From Thecamonas trahens ATCC 50062 (lineage: Eukaryota > Protista > Apusomonadida), in NCBI RefSeq assembly GCF_000142905.1, contig NW_013657664.1, positions 1 through 64,000 on the forward strand: a stretch of DNA of 64,000 bases, read 5' to 3'. The notes beneath the pieces are model-generated. The model was not told where the DNA came from, did no database searches, and worked only from the letters and a program-made list of their open reading frames with translations. This document shows positions 42,535 to 53,800 of the stretch, one piece after another. A program made the translations under genes and the position numbers. Position 1 is the stretch's first letter, and the number at the start of each line of letters is the position of its first letter.

Positions 42535-43959
42535 CTAAAGAAACTCAGGCTTGAGCGAGAGCGTGTTTGAGGCCTTGTCCTGCTTGGCCATCTCCTTGAA
42601 GAGCTTCCCCAGCTCGAGGGCGCCGGCCTTGGAGACATTGCCGAACTCGGCGCTCATAGCGGCGCGTACCTGAGCCTTGGTCTCACCCGAGTGCTTGAGG
42701 AGGAACTGGCGGACAGCTTCGCGCGAGACGGTGTCGTGTGCGGACGACAGCGGCTTGGCCCGCTTGGCTGGGCGGGCGCCGCCGCTGCCGCCGTTGCCGG
42801 CGTCCTCGTCGCGATCGAGGGCGCGCTTGCGCGAGATGGGCGCGATCTTGGGCTTGTTGCGGAAAGCGAGCTTGTCGAGGTCCTCGACGCGAATGTCGTC
42901 TTCGTCGTCGTCGTCGTCGTCGTCATCGTCGTCGTCGTCGTCATCGTCGGCGTCGTCGTCGTCGCCAAACTCGGGCAGATCGTCGTCGTCGTCGTCGTTC
43001 TCGTCATCGTCGTCGTCGCCATACTTGCGCTTGTACGCCTCGACGTCTTCCTCGTCCTCGTTGATGGGCTCGACCATGATGTCGCCCTCCTCGTCGTCGT
43101 CGGCAATGGCAAAGTCGTCCAAGTCGTTGGCTTCGATGTCGTCGATGAGGCCCTGGGCCTCGGCCATGCCGTCCTCGTCGCCGGTGTCAAACTGGGTAAA
43201 CGCCATGTACGCCGCCGCCGACTCGCGCGACGGAACCAGCGACGAGCCGCCGACCATTTCGTTCACCGACACAATGTCCTCCACATCCTCCTTCTCCACA
43301 ATCTGGTGGATGAACCGCTTGGCCCGCTCAGTCAAGTACGGCTGCTTCTTCTGGAACTGCAGCCGAAGTTCGGGATCGCGCGCCGCAAGCTCCTTCTCGG
43401 CCTCGTCCAGCGACTTGAGCTCGCGCTCGATGTGGCGCTTAAAGTTGTACCACCGCGAGATGAGCGAGACGCTGATGGTCTTGGTCTTGGCGCTCCGCTT
43501 CATCACCACGTACGTGGCGTCGTTCGAGTCGACGCCGAGCAGCTCGCCGCGCCAGACCTCGGGCTCGACACCGGCCGACGATGCGGTCGACGAGGTTGCC
43601 GACGACGGCGGCGGCGGGCGGCTGGCCACGCGGCCCTTGCTACCGCTGCGGCTTCCGGCCGTGGGCGGCTGCTCCAGCTGCCAGACCTTGCGCTCGTGGC
43701 GCTCGAGCGAGTTGGTGCGGCCGGTCAGGACCGACCTCCTCATGGCGTAGTTGATCTTATGCATGGTAGCAGCGTCGCCGATGATGCGCTGGCCCTTTTT
43801 CCCTCGCTGGAGCGGAAACTGAGCGAGGTAGAACCGCTCGTCCACAGGCTGGAACAGCTCGAGCTTGTACACCTCGCCCTGGGACTCGGCCAGCGCCTCG
43901 TCCATGCTCGCCCTCTTGCCGCCCTTTTTCCCACTCCTCCGTATTCCGCTCTTCTTCAT
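42535..43959 (-). CDS. GTF2F1: TFIIF large subunit (RAP74/Tfg1)-like
   Basis: WRGELLG..ATYVVM...ISRWYNFK...KSLDEAEKEL, an acidic linker, and a C-terminal winged-helix-like VSREAVRQFL...LSLK. Confidence 0.75.
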   Translation of the reverse strand: MKKSGIRRSGKKGGKRASMDEALAESQGEVYKLELFQPVDERFYLAQFPLQRGKKGQRIIGDAATMHKINYAMRRSVLTGRTNSLERHERKVWQLEQPPTAGSRSGSKGRVASRPPPPSSATSSTASSAGVEPEVWRGELLGVDSNDATYVVMKRSAKTKTISVSLISRWYNFKRHIERELKSLDEAEKELAARDPELRLQFQKKQPYLTERAKRFIHQIVEKEDVEDIVSVNEMVGGSSLVPSRESAAAYMAFTQFDTGDEDGMAEAQGLIDDIEANDLDDFAIADDDEEGDIMVEPINEDEEDVEAYKRKYGDDDDDENDDDDDDLPEFGDDDDADDDDDDDDDDDDDDDEDDIRVEDLDKLAFRNKPKIAPISRKRALDRDEDAGNGGSGGARPAKRAKPLSSAHDTVSREAVRQFLLKHSGETKAQVRAAMSAEFGNVSKAGALELGKLFKEMAKQDKASNTLSLKPEFL

Positions 43960-44124
43960 ACTACGCGCTCTTCTTCTCTGTCTCTTGCGTCGAAGAGTCG
44001 AGTGTGTCACGCTGAACTCGCCCGCCTCCTGCGACTCGCTGCAGCCAGCTGTCTGTGGTGCTACGGCGACTCGCCAGTCACCCGAGGAACGACCCAAACT
44101 TGCCCTTGCTCCTAAATCGTTTGT

Positions 44125-47100
44125 TTACCTGCCTCCGCTTCGGACGTGGTCATTGGTGGTGGGCATGGCGGCCAAGGCAAAGTCAGACTGCGGTGCCTGG
44201 TGCGGCCCGCTCATGATAAAGTGGGTGCGGGTTGAGGTGGCAAACGGGAGGCCGGTGAGGAGCTTGGGTGTGACGAGGAACGCCTGCGCGGTGCGGCGGT
44301 GAGCAACGGCGGCGAGGATGGACCAGCCCTTGCGCTCGTTGTTGACGTCCATGCCCTGGTTGATCTCGTCGGCGAGGAAGAACGGGACGATGACTTGTGA
44401 CTGCAGCGCAATGAGGTAGAGCATGGTGGAGATGGCCCGCTCGCCGCCCGACTGGGTCTGCGAGTTGAGCCGCCGCGGCCGCGAGCCCTTGAACGAGACG
44501 CTGATGACAATGCCGTACTCGTCGTAGTCAAGCGGGTTGGCCGGTTTGTCCAGCTCGACGCCGCCTGACGCCCCGATGAGCTGCATGTACGCCGCAAAGT
44601 CCCTGTCCATCCCCACCAGCACCGACTCAACTCGCGCCGACCAGCCTTCGGCCAGCGATGCGATCTTGTTGGTGAGCCCGTTGAGCTGGGTCTTCAGCGT
44701 CTCATCCTGCGCCTCGAGCTCCTTCCGCCGCTTGAGCACCTTCTCGTACTCAACCACGCTCGACTCGCTGCCATGGATCGAGCTCAGCTCGCTCCGCTTC
44801 GTCGCCAGTGCCGACTTGGCGCGGGCCGTCGAATTCTCAAGGCCATCCATGACCTGCATCATCTCGGACGTCGGTTCCTTGACGCCCGACAAGTCGCGCG
44901 CATGCCGCTGCGCGCCCTTGGCCCGGGACTTTTCCATCTTGGCGGTGGTCTCGAGCTGCCTGTACGCCTCTTCCGCATCCGCGATCATGCTATGCACGGC
45001 CTCGGACTGCGTCTGCAGCTGCCGCTCAAACGTCCTCGCCACGCTCTCCTTAAGCGACTTGGAGTCGCGGACGACCCGCAGCTGCACCACGGCCTTGGCC
45101 AGGCTGGCGGCCTTCCCGGCGAGTTGGATCAGTCGCGTGATTTTCGTTGCGAGCTTGGCTCGCAACTCCTCGAGCTCGTCCCCGTTGCTCTCGCTGAGGT
45201 TCGCGAGTTCGCTCTCCGTGCGCTTGGCCTTCTCCTCTGCTCTCTTGTGGATCTTGAGCTTTTTTTGAGTTCGCCGATCTTGGCCTTCAAGGTAGTGAGC
45301 TCATTGACTTTGGTCTCGTGTGCCTGGATAGCCTTTCGCAACTCGGCCCGTCGTGCAGCGAGGTCGGCCTTGATAGCGTCCAAACTGGCTTGCAGGCGCG
45401 CAATCTCGTCCGCAGGCGGCGTATCCTTCTTGAGTACATTTGCACGGTTAATCGACGACGACGACGCCACCAGCTGCCGCGCGCCGTAGTTCGACTTGCG
45501 GTACATTGCAAACGACTTTGGCGACAAAATGCGGTTGAGCGCGGGAAAGGCCCGGAACACCTCGTCCTTGTCCATGGTTTCCGGACCAAACACTATTGAG
45601 GAGTGTGCTTCGCTCCGGTTGAGGAAGAGCTTGACAATGTCAGGCGCATCGTACGTTGCATCCAGATAGTTCTCCACCCCGAAACGCGCCAACTCCTCCA
45701 GACTCGCTGGATGCGAGCGAAACGGGTCGCCCATATCGACCACAACTGTGTTGACCGCGAACGCCAACTCCGGAAACTTAGACTCCAACATCTCGAGGTC
45801 GGCAGGGTCCGAGAACAGGATGATATACTTGTTGTTCTTCGAGATGACCTTTTCCAGGTAGTTGCGGTGGACTTCGATCGGAACGTCGAGCGTGGCGAGC
45901 AGCGGGCCCTCGACCACCCCACGCAGCCTGCCCTCGGCCCGCGCTTGGTCGAGGATCTGACACACCCGGCGCAGAGACTGGCCCGCCTTTCGACTTCCAA
46001 CACGTTCGAAGCATCGCTGTCGCCTCTCGGACATCACGGCTTCGTACGCCTTGAGCTTGGCCTCAATCTGCGACTGGCGGTGGTCACCGGTTGCAACCTC
46101 GCGCTTCAGCTCCGACGCCACCGACGAAAAAGCTTGCACCTGCTCCTTCGCCGTCTGCAACTCGGCATTCAGCTCATCCACGCGCTCCTGAACGCCCGCT
46201 CCCGGGTCGAGTTTCTTGGCCATGCTCTTCTGGTTCGCAATCTCGGACTGGAGATTTTCGCGCTGCGCGCGCCGCTTCGCTATGTCGCGCTCATGGTTCT
46301 TGATCTGATCGTACAGCGTTTGAACGTCCGACTTGGCATCCTCGACAAGATCCTTCATCTTCTCCCTCTTCGTCACCATGTCTTCCATGGACTGTCTGGC
46401 TTTTGCAAACTCCTGACCCATCGCGGACAGCTTGCTCTTCGCCTCGTCGAGCTCCTCGATCATCGGCCGCGCCTCGGCTTTCAGCTTGACGACCCGTTCC
46501 CTGGCAACAGCCGCTTCCGCCTTGGCATTTTTGGAACGCACCTTAGCATCGGCCAACTCCAGCCACGGCAACACCTTGCTCAGCATCGCCACCCTGTCTC
46601 GCAGCGCCTCGCGCTCGCGGAACCGGTCGGCCTCGCCTTTCAGCCGCTGCTCTTTGGTCCGTGTCGCCTCCAGTGCGCTCTCCAGCGCCCCGACCTTGTT
46701 CTCCAGCTCGCGCTGCTCCACCCGGTGCTTGCTCAGCTCCCCAAGCACCTGCACCATCGAGCCAGGCTTGCCGGCCTCGCTCCCGTCCATGGCCCGGATC
46801 GTGCACTCCAGCAGTGACCGCGGCTCAAGCTTGGAGAACTCGCGGACTCGGAACTGCGGGAGGAACTGCGTCAGGTTGTCAAACTGGATGCCCAGCCTGG
46901 TCACCAGCGCCGACACGTCGTGCTTGCTGCACTTTCTGCCGTTGATCTGCCACAATGACTTTCCCACCTCATCACCCAGGTCCTTGCGCACAATCGCCCG
47001 GTGCACCACCCAATTGGGCCCGTCCGGGTTGTACAGCTCGATCTCAAGCTCGGCACGCGTTTGCCCGTGTGAAATGAAGCTCGTCTCCTTGTCCGCCCCG

Positions 47101-47857
47101 CCCAGCAGCTTGGTGCTCGCGTTGAGCGAGAGGAAGAACGCGTCCACAAGTGACGACTTGCCGGTCCCGTTAGGCCCCACGACCACGTTGAGCCGCGGGC
47201 CGGGGAACAGCTCCACAGACTCGTACGCCTTGAAGTTCACCAGCTTCATCCGCACAATTGACGCCTTGCTGTACGCCACGTCGCCAATGTTGACCTCAGG
47301 CAGGAGCTCCAGCGAGGCCAGCTCGCCCGCCCCCCGTCCGTTCCTCCCAGGCCGCGGCTCCGCTTTGCCGGGCGAATGTCATCGCCGCCATCGTCACCGC
47401 CTGCACTTGATGCCGCTGCTTCAGCTGCTGCTGCGACAACAGCTGGCCGGGCTGTGTCCAAAAAAGGTCGCATTGTGTGTGCCCCGCCGGCCCGCGCCCC
47501 ACCCCCACCACCAACCCCACATACGCACATACACACGCACACACACACACACACACACATACACACGTGCAGTCCACACATTCACACATCCAGTCCCATC
47601 TGGTGTAAGTGCAACAGGAGGCGCCTACGCCCCCGGTAAAAATCATGCTCTCGCCGTCATGTCGCAACACGCCGAGGGCACACACCGCAACACCCCCCCC
47701 CCCCCACACACACACACACACACACACAACACAACCCTACACCGCACATACCCAGTGAGAGCTCAAGGTCAAAGACCTCGGGACTGGAACTCATTTCATC
47801 CATGGCTTCAATCTCAGCCTTCTCCTTGTCGCGAGACTCGCGCCGCCGCTTGCCCAT
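44125..47857 (-). CDS. SMC5: SMC5; intron 47452-47751; one-base frameshifts at 47330-47335 and 45260-45266
   Basis: PGPRLNVVVGPNGTGKSS, IQFDNLTQFLPQFRVREFS, coiled coils and hinge, QSGGERAISTMLYLIALQ, DEINQGMDVNNER, FLVTPKLLTGL. Confidence 0.93.
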
Positions 47858-48166
47858 GGTCAACAAGTCGGGGGAGAAGTGACAAACCAAGTTCGTCTCG
47901 GCGTCGTTGCCGGACCCAGCCTCCCTCTCCCCCCCTCCCTTTGACCACAAAAAAATGATGAAAACAACAGCAAGGAACAATGCGGGAGCCGATTGCGGGA
48001 CTACCGGGGTTGCGGGCTGCGGGCTGACAGCCTTTTGCGGCTCGGGTAAGTTTGGGACAGAACAGACCGCGCCAGTCTCTGACGCACCGTAACACCTCAC
48101 CGTTCCTCCACCCCCTCCCTCCCACACCCCTCCTTCCCCCCCCCCCAACTCTTCTCCATACACAAC

Positions 48167-48438
48167 ATGGCTGCCGCAGTTCCTCTTGCTGAGCTGTTTG
48201 CCACTCCGCTGGTCTCGCTTAACCGTTCTCGTCGTGATGTCATTGAGATTTCCTCCACCGCTGAGCTCTCGGACGCCTTCTCCGTACGTGCCCCCTCCGC
48301 CCTCTCCCCCTCCGCCCTCTCCCCCTCCCCTGTCGGCTGAAATGGTGTCCTGCCTGCCGTAAGGACGACCTTTTTTTTTTATGGCGACCCAACCCAAAGG
48401 CTTCCAGCGGCTGCCAGCGGCAACCAGGCTGCCCCCCT

Positions 48439-48477
<39 letters not shown>

Positions 48478-49575
48478 GAGGGCACTGTGTCTAGTAGGTG
48501 GTGGTGCCCGTAGCCATTGGTGTGGTGGTCACGTTGTGGTGGTGGCCCTCTTGTGGTGACGCGGAGACCTGCCGCCAGCCCGTGCGAACAAAACGTCCAA
48601 CGTAAGCTGGGCTCACCAGGCTAACCGTTTGTCCTGGCATGGTACTGACGCAAGTGTGATGACGGGATGGGCTCGGGGGCGAATGGCTGGAAATGTGGGT
48701 GTGTGGGGTGTGGGGAGGCGGGGGTGTAGACGCTCGCGGAGAACTCGATCACGTCTGCGCCTGTCAAGGATGCCGAGACCGGTAAGTATGTCGGCTTTAT
48801 CGACGTCCGCGACCTGACCTCGTTCCTGGTCCACTTTGGAGCCCACATCGATGAGGGCAACTTTATGGTGGCGGATGTGTGCGCGGCTGGCGCCGGCTCT
48901 GTCCTCGACAACGTGACGGTCTCGTACCTCGCGCGGCGCAACCCGTTCAAGGGCGTCAAGGCTGACGCCACCATCGGCGACGCCGTCAAGCTCATCACCA
49001 CGGCCAAGGTCAAGCGCGTGGCCGTGGTCAACGACGACGGTCAGGCCGAGCACATCATCTCGCTCTCGGACATGATCCTGTTCTTTGCCACACACATCAC
49101 GGCCTTCCCCGAGTCGTTCATCAACGCCACCGCCAACGCCATGTTCGGCAAGGACGTCGAGAACGTACTCTGCGTCAAGGCCACCCAGACGGTCCTGGAG
49201 GCGCTCACCATCATGGATGACCACAAGATTACTGGCATCGCTATCATCGACGATGACTCCGGTGCCATCGTCTCCAACATCTCCGGCAAGGATCTGCGTA
49301 AGTTCATCAAGAACCCGACGTACCAGCAGCTGCACATGCCCGTCGTCGAGATGATCAAGGCCCTCCGCCAGGCCTCGCAGGTCGACATTGCCACCCCGGC
49401 CATCGTCGTCTACCCGACCACCCTCGTCCACATGATCGTCAAGAAGCTCGCCGCCACCAAGGTCCACCGCGTCTACATTGTCGAGTCTGAGTCGCACTTT
49501 GCCCCCATCGGCGTCGTCACCCAGACCTCCATCATCAAGAAGGTCGCCACCTTCCTGCCCGCTGACGATGCCTAA
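48167..49575 (+). CDS. Four-CBS-domain protein (AMPK-gamma/Sds23-like); exons 48167-48283 and 48730-49575
   Basis: LAENSITSAPVKD..GKYVGFIDVRDL, VKRVAVVN, ITGIAIID..NISGKDLR, KVHRVYIV..PIGVVTQTSII; phase-0 intron. Confidence 0.85.
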
Positions 49576-49715
49576 TCAGTTCTCAACTCTCACCCTCCCC
49601 GCCCACTCCTCGCCTATTGAACGAATCGTATGTGGCCTGAGTGCCTACCGTCTTCGTCGCCCGCCGCCACCTGCACCACTCTCCCCCCCCCCCCCCCCCA
49701 ACACACACCACCACC

Positions 49716-52196
49716 ATGCTCCACCCAACCCTCCCCAAGATGCTTGCCGCCGTCGGTGCAGTAGGCCTAGCAATGGGCGGCGCTGTGGCCTACGCCCGTT
49801 GGCGCTCCTGGGCGCAGGCATCGCACCGCGAGCAAATGGAAGCTCTGCTCCTCGAGCCGACCACGAGCGCTGAGCAAGTACTCGATCTCGTGAGCCACAT
49901 GCCAGCTGAGCATGTGGCAGAGCTACGGAGTCGAGATGACGGCGATACGATGCTGCATGTTCGGGCAAGAGCCAACGATCCGAAGAGTTTGGAGGTCATC
50001 AATAGACTCCTCGCTCACGTGGCGGACGTCGACCTGACCGTCTCTCCGCCCATTCTCGATGTCACCAACGGATACGGATGTACCGTACTGCATGTAGCAG
50101 CTTTGGCCGATGCAAGCGATGTCATATCGTGGGCACTCGTCGACTCGCCGTGCCATGGTACTGTGGTCCGCGATTGGTGCAACGCTCTCACGCCCGAGTC
50201 CAAGTGGACTGCCATGCACCTAGCAGCGGCTGAGGGCCACGAGGAGGCAGCCCGCGCGCTTGTCGACAGCTACGCACTCTGTGGCTGGGACGATGCTGCT
50301 GCCGTGGACGAGCTGGCGAATACAAAGGACGCTCACGGCCACACCCAGCTCTTCATCGCCCTCCATAATCGCCACCCGCCCATCGCCGCCCTCCTGCTCG
50401 AGCTCGGCGGCGACCCGAGCATCGCCTGCGGGCGCAACCTCCTCACTGGCTTGCACTCGGTGGCAGCAACGGGTCATGCCGAGCTCGCAGAGGCTGTCAT
50501 CGCCGCCCTGCGCGCCGCCGGCACCCTCGAGCGCACGCTCGCCGCCCGCAGCGCCACCGGCGAGACGCCCGCTGCTTTGGCCGCCGGATCGGGCCACGCT
50601 CACGTGCTGCGGCTTTTGCTTGATGCTGGCGCCGACGTCAACACAGTGACCAAAGGCGGCGAGTCGCTGTTGGCGTTGGCGGCGGCACACGCCCGTCAAG
50701 ACGACGCAGCGCTGGCTATCTTTGATCTCGTCCTCGCTCATCCGGCCCTGGACGAGTCCATCCTCGTGGCGCCGAATCGGTTTGGCTCGACCGCGCTCCA
50801 CGAGATCGCGAGTCTCTGCCGGCCTACACTTGCGCGTGCCCTCATCACCGCCGCCTCGGCGCCGCACACCCTCGCTGCCATGCAGGACTACGATGGAATG
50901 ACGCCAATCCACGCGCTGGCGCGCGCGGTGCGGACGATTGGCGACCGCGCGGTGGAGACCTTTGCCGCCATCGCCGCCGCTCTTCATGATCCTGCTGTCG
51001 TCGCTGCTGTCGTCAACACGCTCGACTATGGTGAAGCCTCGCCGCTGCACGCGCTGGTGTGGAAGGCAGAAAGCATGTCAGCGGTCGCGCTCCTCGAGGC
51101 GCTCCTCGATGCCGGCGCAGATCCGACCATCGAGAGCGAGCAGGGGTGGAGCCCGCTGCACGTGGCCTACAACATGCGCGGGCCAGACGCTCGCGTTGCC
51201 GACGCAGTGCTTGCTGCGCTCACCTCCCGGTGGCCGCCCGCGGCGCTGGATCGCTTTGACAAGGACAAGCGCCGCAATCTGGATGCCAAGGGCTACATCG
51301 CGCGGCGCGGGCCGCACAACCGCATCCCCATCGCAGAGCGCAGGGCGGTGCTGGGTGGCGAGTTTACGCCCGCCGGCGTAGCAGATTACCTCCAGCGGCT
51401 CGGGCGGACGCCACGGATCGTGGTACTGGCCGGCGCCGGCCTCTCGGTGAGCGCGGGCATTCCGGCGTATCGGACAAGCGATGGGGTGTACTCGACCGCA
51501 GCGGGGCGGTCAGCGTTCCAGGCGTCGGCGGTCGCTAGCGATCCAGTCAGCTTCTACGCCAAGATGGCGGAGCTGTTTGGCGGCGTGGTGACCGGTGAGA
51601 TCACGCCGACGAGTGCCCACTACTTTGTGGCTGAGCTCGCGGCACGCGGCGAGCTTGCCGCCATCCTCACCCAGAACGTGGACATGCTCGAGGTGGCGGC
51701 CGGCATTCCGGCCGACAAGATTGTCGAGGCTCACGGGACGATGCGCCGGTTCCGCTGCCTGGATCCGATGTGCTCGAGCGAAGCGGTTAGCGGCGAGGCT
51801 GTGTGGCCGCGAGTCCTCGCAGGCGATGTTCCGGTTTGCGCAGCGTGCGGCTCCACGCTCCGGCCCTGTGTGGTGTTCTTTGGCGAGGGCTTGCCTGCCT
51901 CGTTTACCGAGGCACGGAACACCGTGATGGAACACGCCGACCTGCTCATCGTCATCGGCACCTCGCTCATGGTCTATCCATTTGGGGCGCTGGTCAACGA
52001 GGTCTCGCTCCTCACCCCGCGGGTGCTCATCAACCGCGAGCCGGTCGGCCCCTTTGTCCACCACACCTCCGACGCCAACTACCGCGACGTGGCACTGCTT
52101 GGCGATGCCGATGATGGCGCACATGCTCTGGCAGCCTCGTTTGGATGGCCGGCGGACTGGGCCGAGCGTGCCGCAGCTCGCGCCGCCGGCTCGTGA
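49716..52196 (+). CDS. Ankyrin-repeat/class I sirtuin (Sir2) fusion with an N-terminal hydrophobic segment
   Basis: About 10 ankyrin repeats (GDTMLH, WTAMHLAA, GETPAALAA, GMTPIH, GWSPLH) followed by GAGLSVSAGIPAYR, TQNVDMLE, EAHG, Zn Cys pairs, VVFFGE, GTSLMVYPF, INREP. Confidence 0.9.
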   Translation: MLHPTLPKMLAAVGAVGLAMGGAVAYARWRSWAQASHREQMEALLLEPTTSAEQVLDLVSHMPAEHVAELRSRDDGDTMLHVRARANDPKSLEVINRLLAHVADVDLTVSPPILDVTNGYGCTVLHVAALADASDVISWALVDSPCHGTVVRDWCNALTPESKWTAMHLAAAEGHEEAARALVDSYALCGWDDAAAVDELANTKDAHGHTQLFIALHNRHPPIAALLLELGGDPSIACGRNLLTGLHSVAATGHAELAEAVIAALRAAGTLERTLAARSATGETPAALAAGSGHAHVLRLLLDAGADVNTVTKGGESLLALAAAHARQDDAALAIFDLVLAHPALDESILVAPNRFGSTALHEIASLCRPTLARALITAASAPHTLAAMQDYDGMTPIHALARAVRTIGDRAVETFAAIAAALHDPAVVAAVVNTLDYGEASPLHALVWKAESMSAVALLEALLDAGADPTIESEQGWSPLHVAYNMRGPDARVADAVLAALTSRWPPAALDRFDKDKRRNLDAKGYIARRGPHNRIPIAERRAVLGGEFTPAGVADYLQRLGRTPRIVVLAGAGLSVSAGIPAYRTSDGVYSTAAGRSAFQASAVASDPVSFYAKMAELFGGVVTGEITPTSAHYFVAELAARGELAAILTQNVDMLEVAAGIPADKIVEAHGTMRRFRCLDPMCSSEAVSGEAVWPRVLAGDVPVCAACGSTLRPCVVFFGEGLPASFTEARNTVMEHADLLIVIGTSLMVYPFGALVNEVSLLTPRVLINREPVGPFVHHTSDANYRDVALLGDADDGAHALAASFGWPADWAERAAARAAGS

Positions 52197-52357
52197 CCGC
52201 CAGGCCCGGCCGCCAGAGTCGTGAGAGCAAGAAAGTGACTGCGGACAAGATTGATGTTACTGCAGCGAATGTGCGCGAGGCCAGGACAAAGAGGCCAGGG
52301 CTCCTGCCTTGTGAGGGCGAGCAGGACGCGCTCACGTGGACCAGCGGCGAGATTATC

Positions 52358-52741
52358 TTAGGCGCAAGCCTCCTTGAGGTAGGCGATGAGGTCAGCGCGC
52401 TCCTGGGCCTTCTTGATGCCGGCGAACGCCATCTTGGTGCCCGGGATGTACTTCTTCGGCTTCTTCAGGTACGCGAAGAGGGTGTCCTCCTGCCAGAGGA
52501 TGCCAGCATCGCGGTTAGCCTTGGTGTACGCGTAGCCGGGCTTGGTGCCCGAGACACGACCAAAGAGGCCATGGAGGCCGGGGCCAGTCTTGTCGGCCTA
52601 TCCCCCAGCAACCGTGGCCATCGTCATCGTCAACGCCATCGTCATCGTCATCGTTATCGTCGTCGTCATCATCGGATCATCCGTGAGTCGCACCCAATAC
52701 AGTCGCTGCCTCGACACACTCCCCACACACACACGCATACA

Positions 52742-52776
<35 letters not shown>

Positions 52777-53650
52777 CACAAGTGCAGTCCTTCTCTACCC
52801 ATCGCTTCCGCCTGTCATGCTCAATCCCGTCACTGATCTCGGTGGCGTGGGCTTGCGGCCAATGGCAGTCGGTCCAACGCGACAGACGGAGGGCGGGGGG
52901 GNNNNNNNNNNNNNNNNNNNNNNNNNNNNNNNNNNNNNNNNNNNNNNNNNNNNNNNNNNNNNNNNNNNNNNNNNNNNNNNNNNNNNNNNNNNNNNNNNNN
53001 NCAGGATAAGGACATCGCACCTGATGTCGAAGAGCATAGACATACAACGCCTCAGCGAGTCGATGTCGGCGAATCTCGGCGATTGCTCGTAAGTGCTGAA
53101 GCCCCGAGGTCCGCACGGGTGGTCAGATTATGCCAACACTTTATTCGCCATACTTAGTGGCGCAAGTCGAGGAGAGGCGGCCAAAGCGCCGGCGGCGGCT
53201 GGCGAGTCCGAGAAAACTCCCCAGACCCCAGGCCTAGAGCGGTGTGAAGTTGCCCACGCCGCAGGGGGGGTGTATAAAGGGGGTAGGTATGGGCAAGTTA
53301 TATGAACAGAAAGATAAACCAAAGGGATGTTCAGCCATGTCGGTCGTACTCTTGTGGGTGTAGAGATGGAGGTGGGGCCGTAGGTGGACGGGGGGGGAGG
53401 GGGGCTGGCGGTGTGCGGAAGTGGGTGGATGTCGCGTAGTGTGGCGGGGAAGGGGGGGGCAATGAGGGACAAAAATAGCCGATGCAAGGACGGCAGCCAT
53501 AGCAAAGGCGACATGGAGAAAAGGAATGACGTGAGGCAACATGTGGCGAAGACTGTGGTTACGTACGTCATCGACAGTGTGGCACTGAGCGCAGCGCTTC
53601 TGGAAGATCTTGGCGCCCTTGGCGGCGTCACCGGCGGGAATGGAGGCCAT
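52358..53650 (-). CDS. CYCS: Cytochrome c; exons 53650-53567 and 52597-52358
   Basis: [20 protein letters not shown]|..[17 protein letters not shown]...[30 protein letters not shown]. Confidence 0.95.
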
Positions 53651-53800
53651 TGTAGTTGGAAACAGTTGGGTGTGCTGCCGACAGCAGAGAAACGGGTTGG
53701 CTCTCGACTGACGCACGGCGTTGGCTTCAGCCCGCCCAAATGGGAAAGTCGGAGACGACGGAAGGGGGGTCGGATTGCAGGTTGACCGTGCAGCCTTTGT

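Noticed and set aside
53041-53355. 1-nt plus 5-nt microexons that would restore two cytochrome c codons
   Set aside because: They would give Ser-Val, not the conserved Gly-Gly, and are likely chance AG/GT matches
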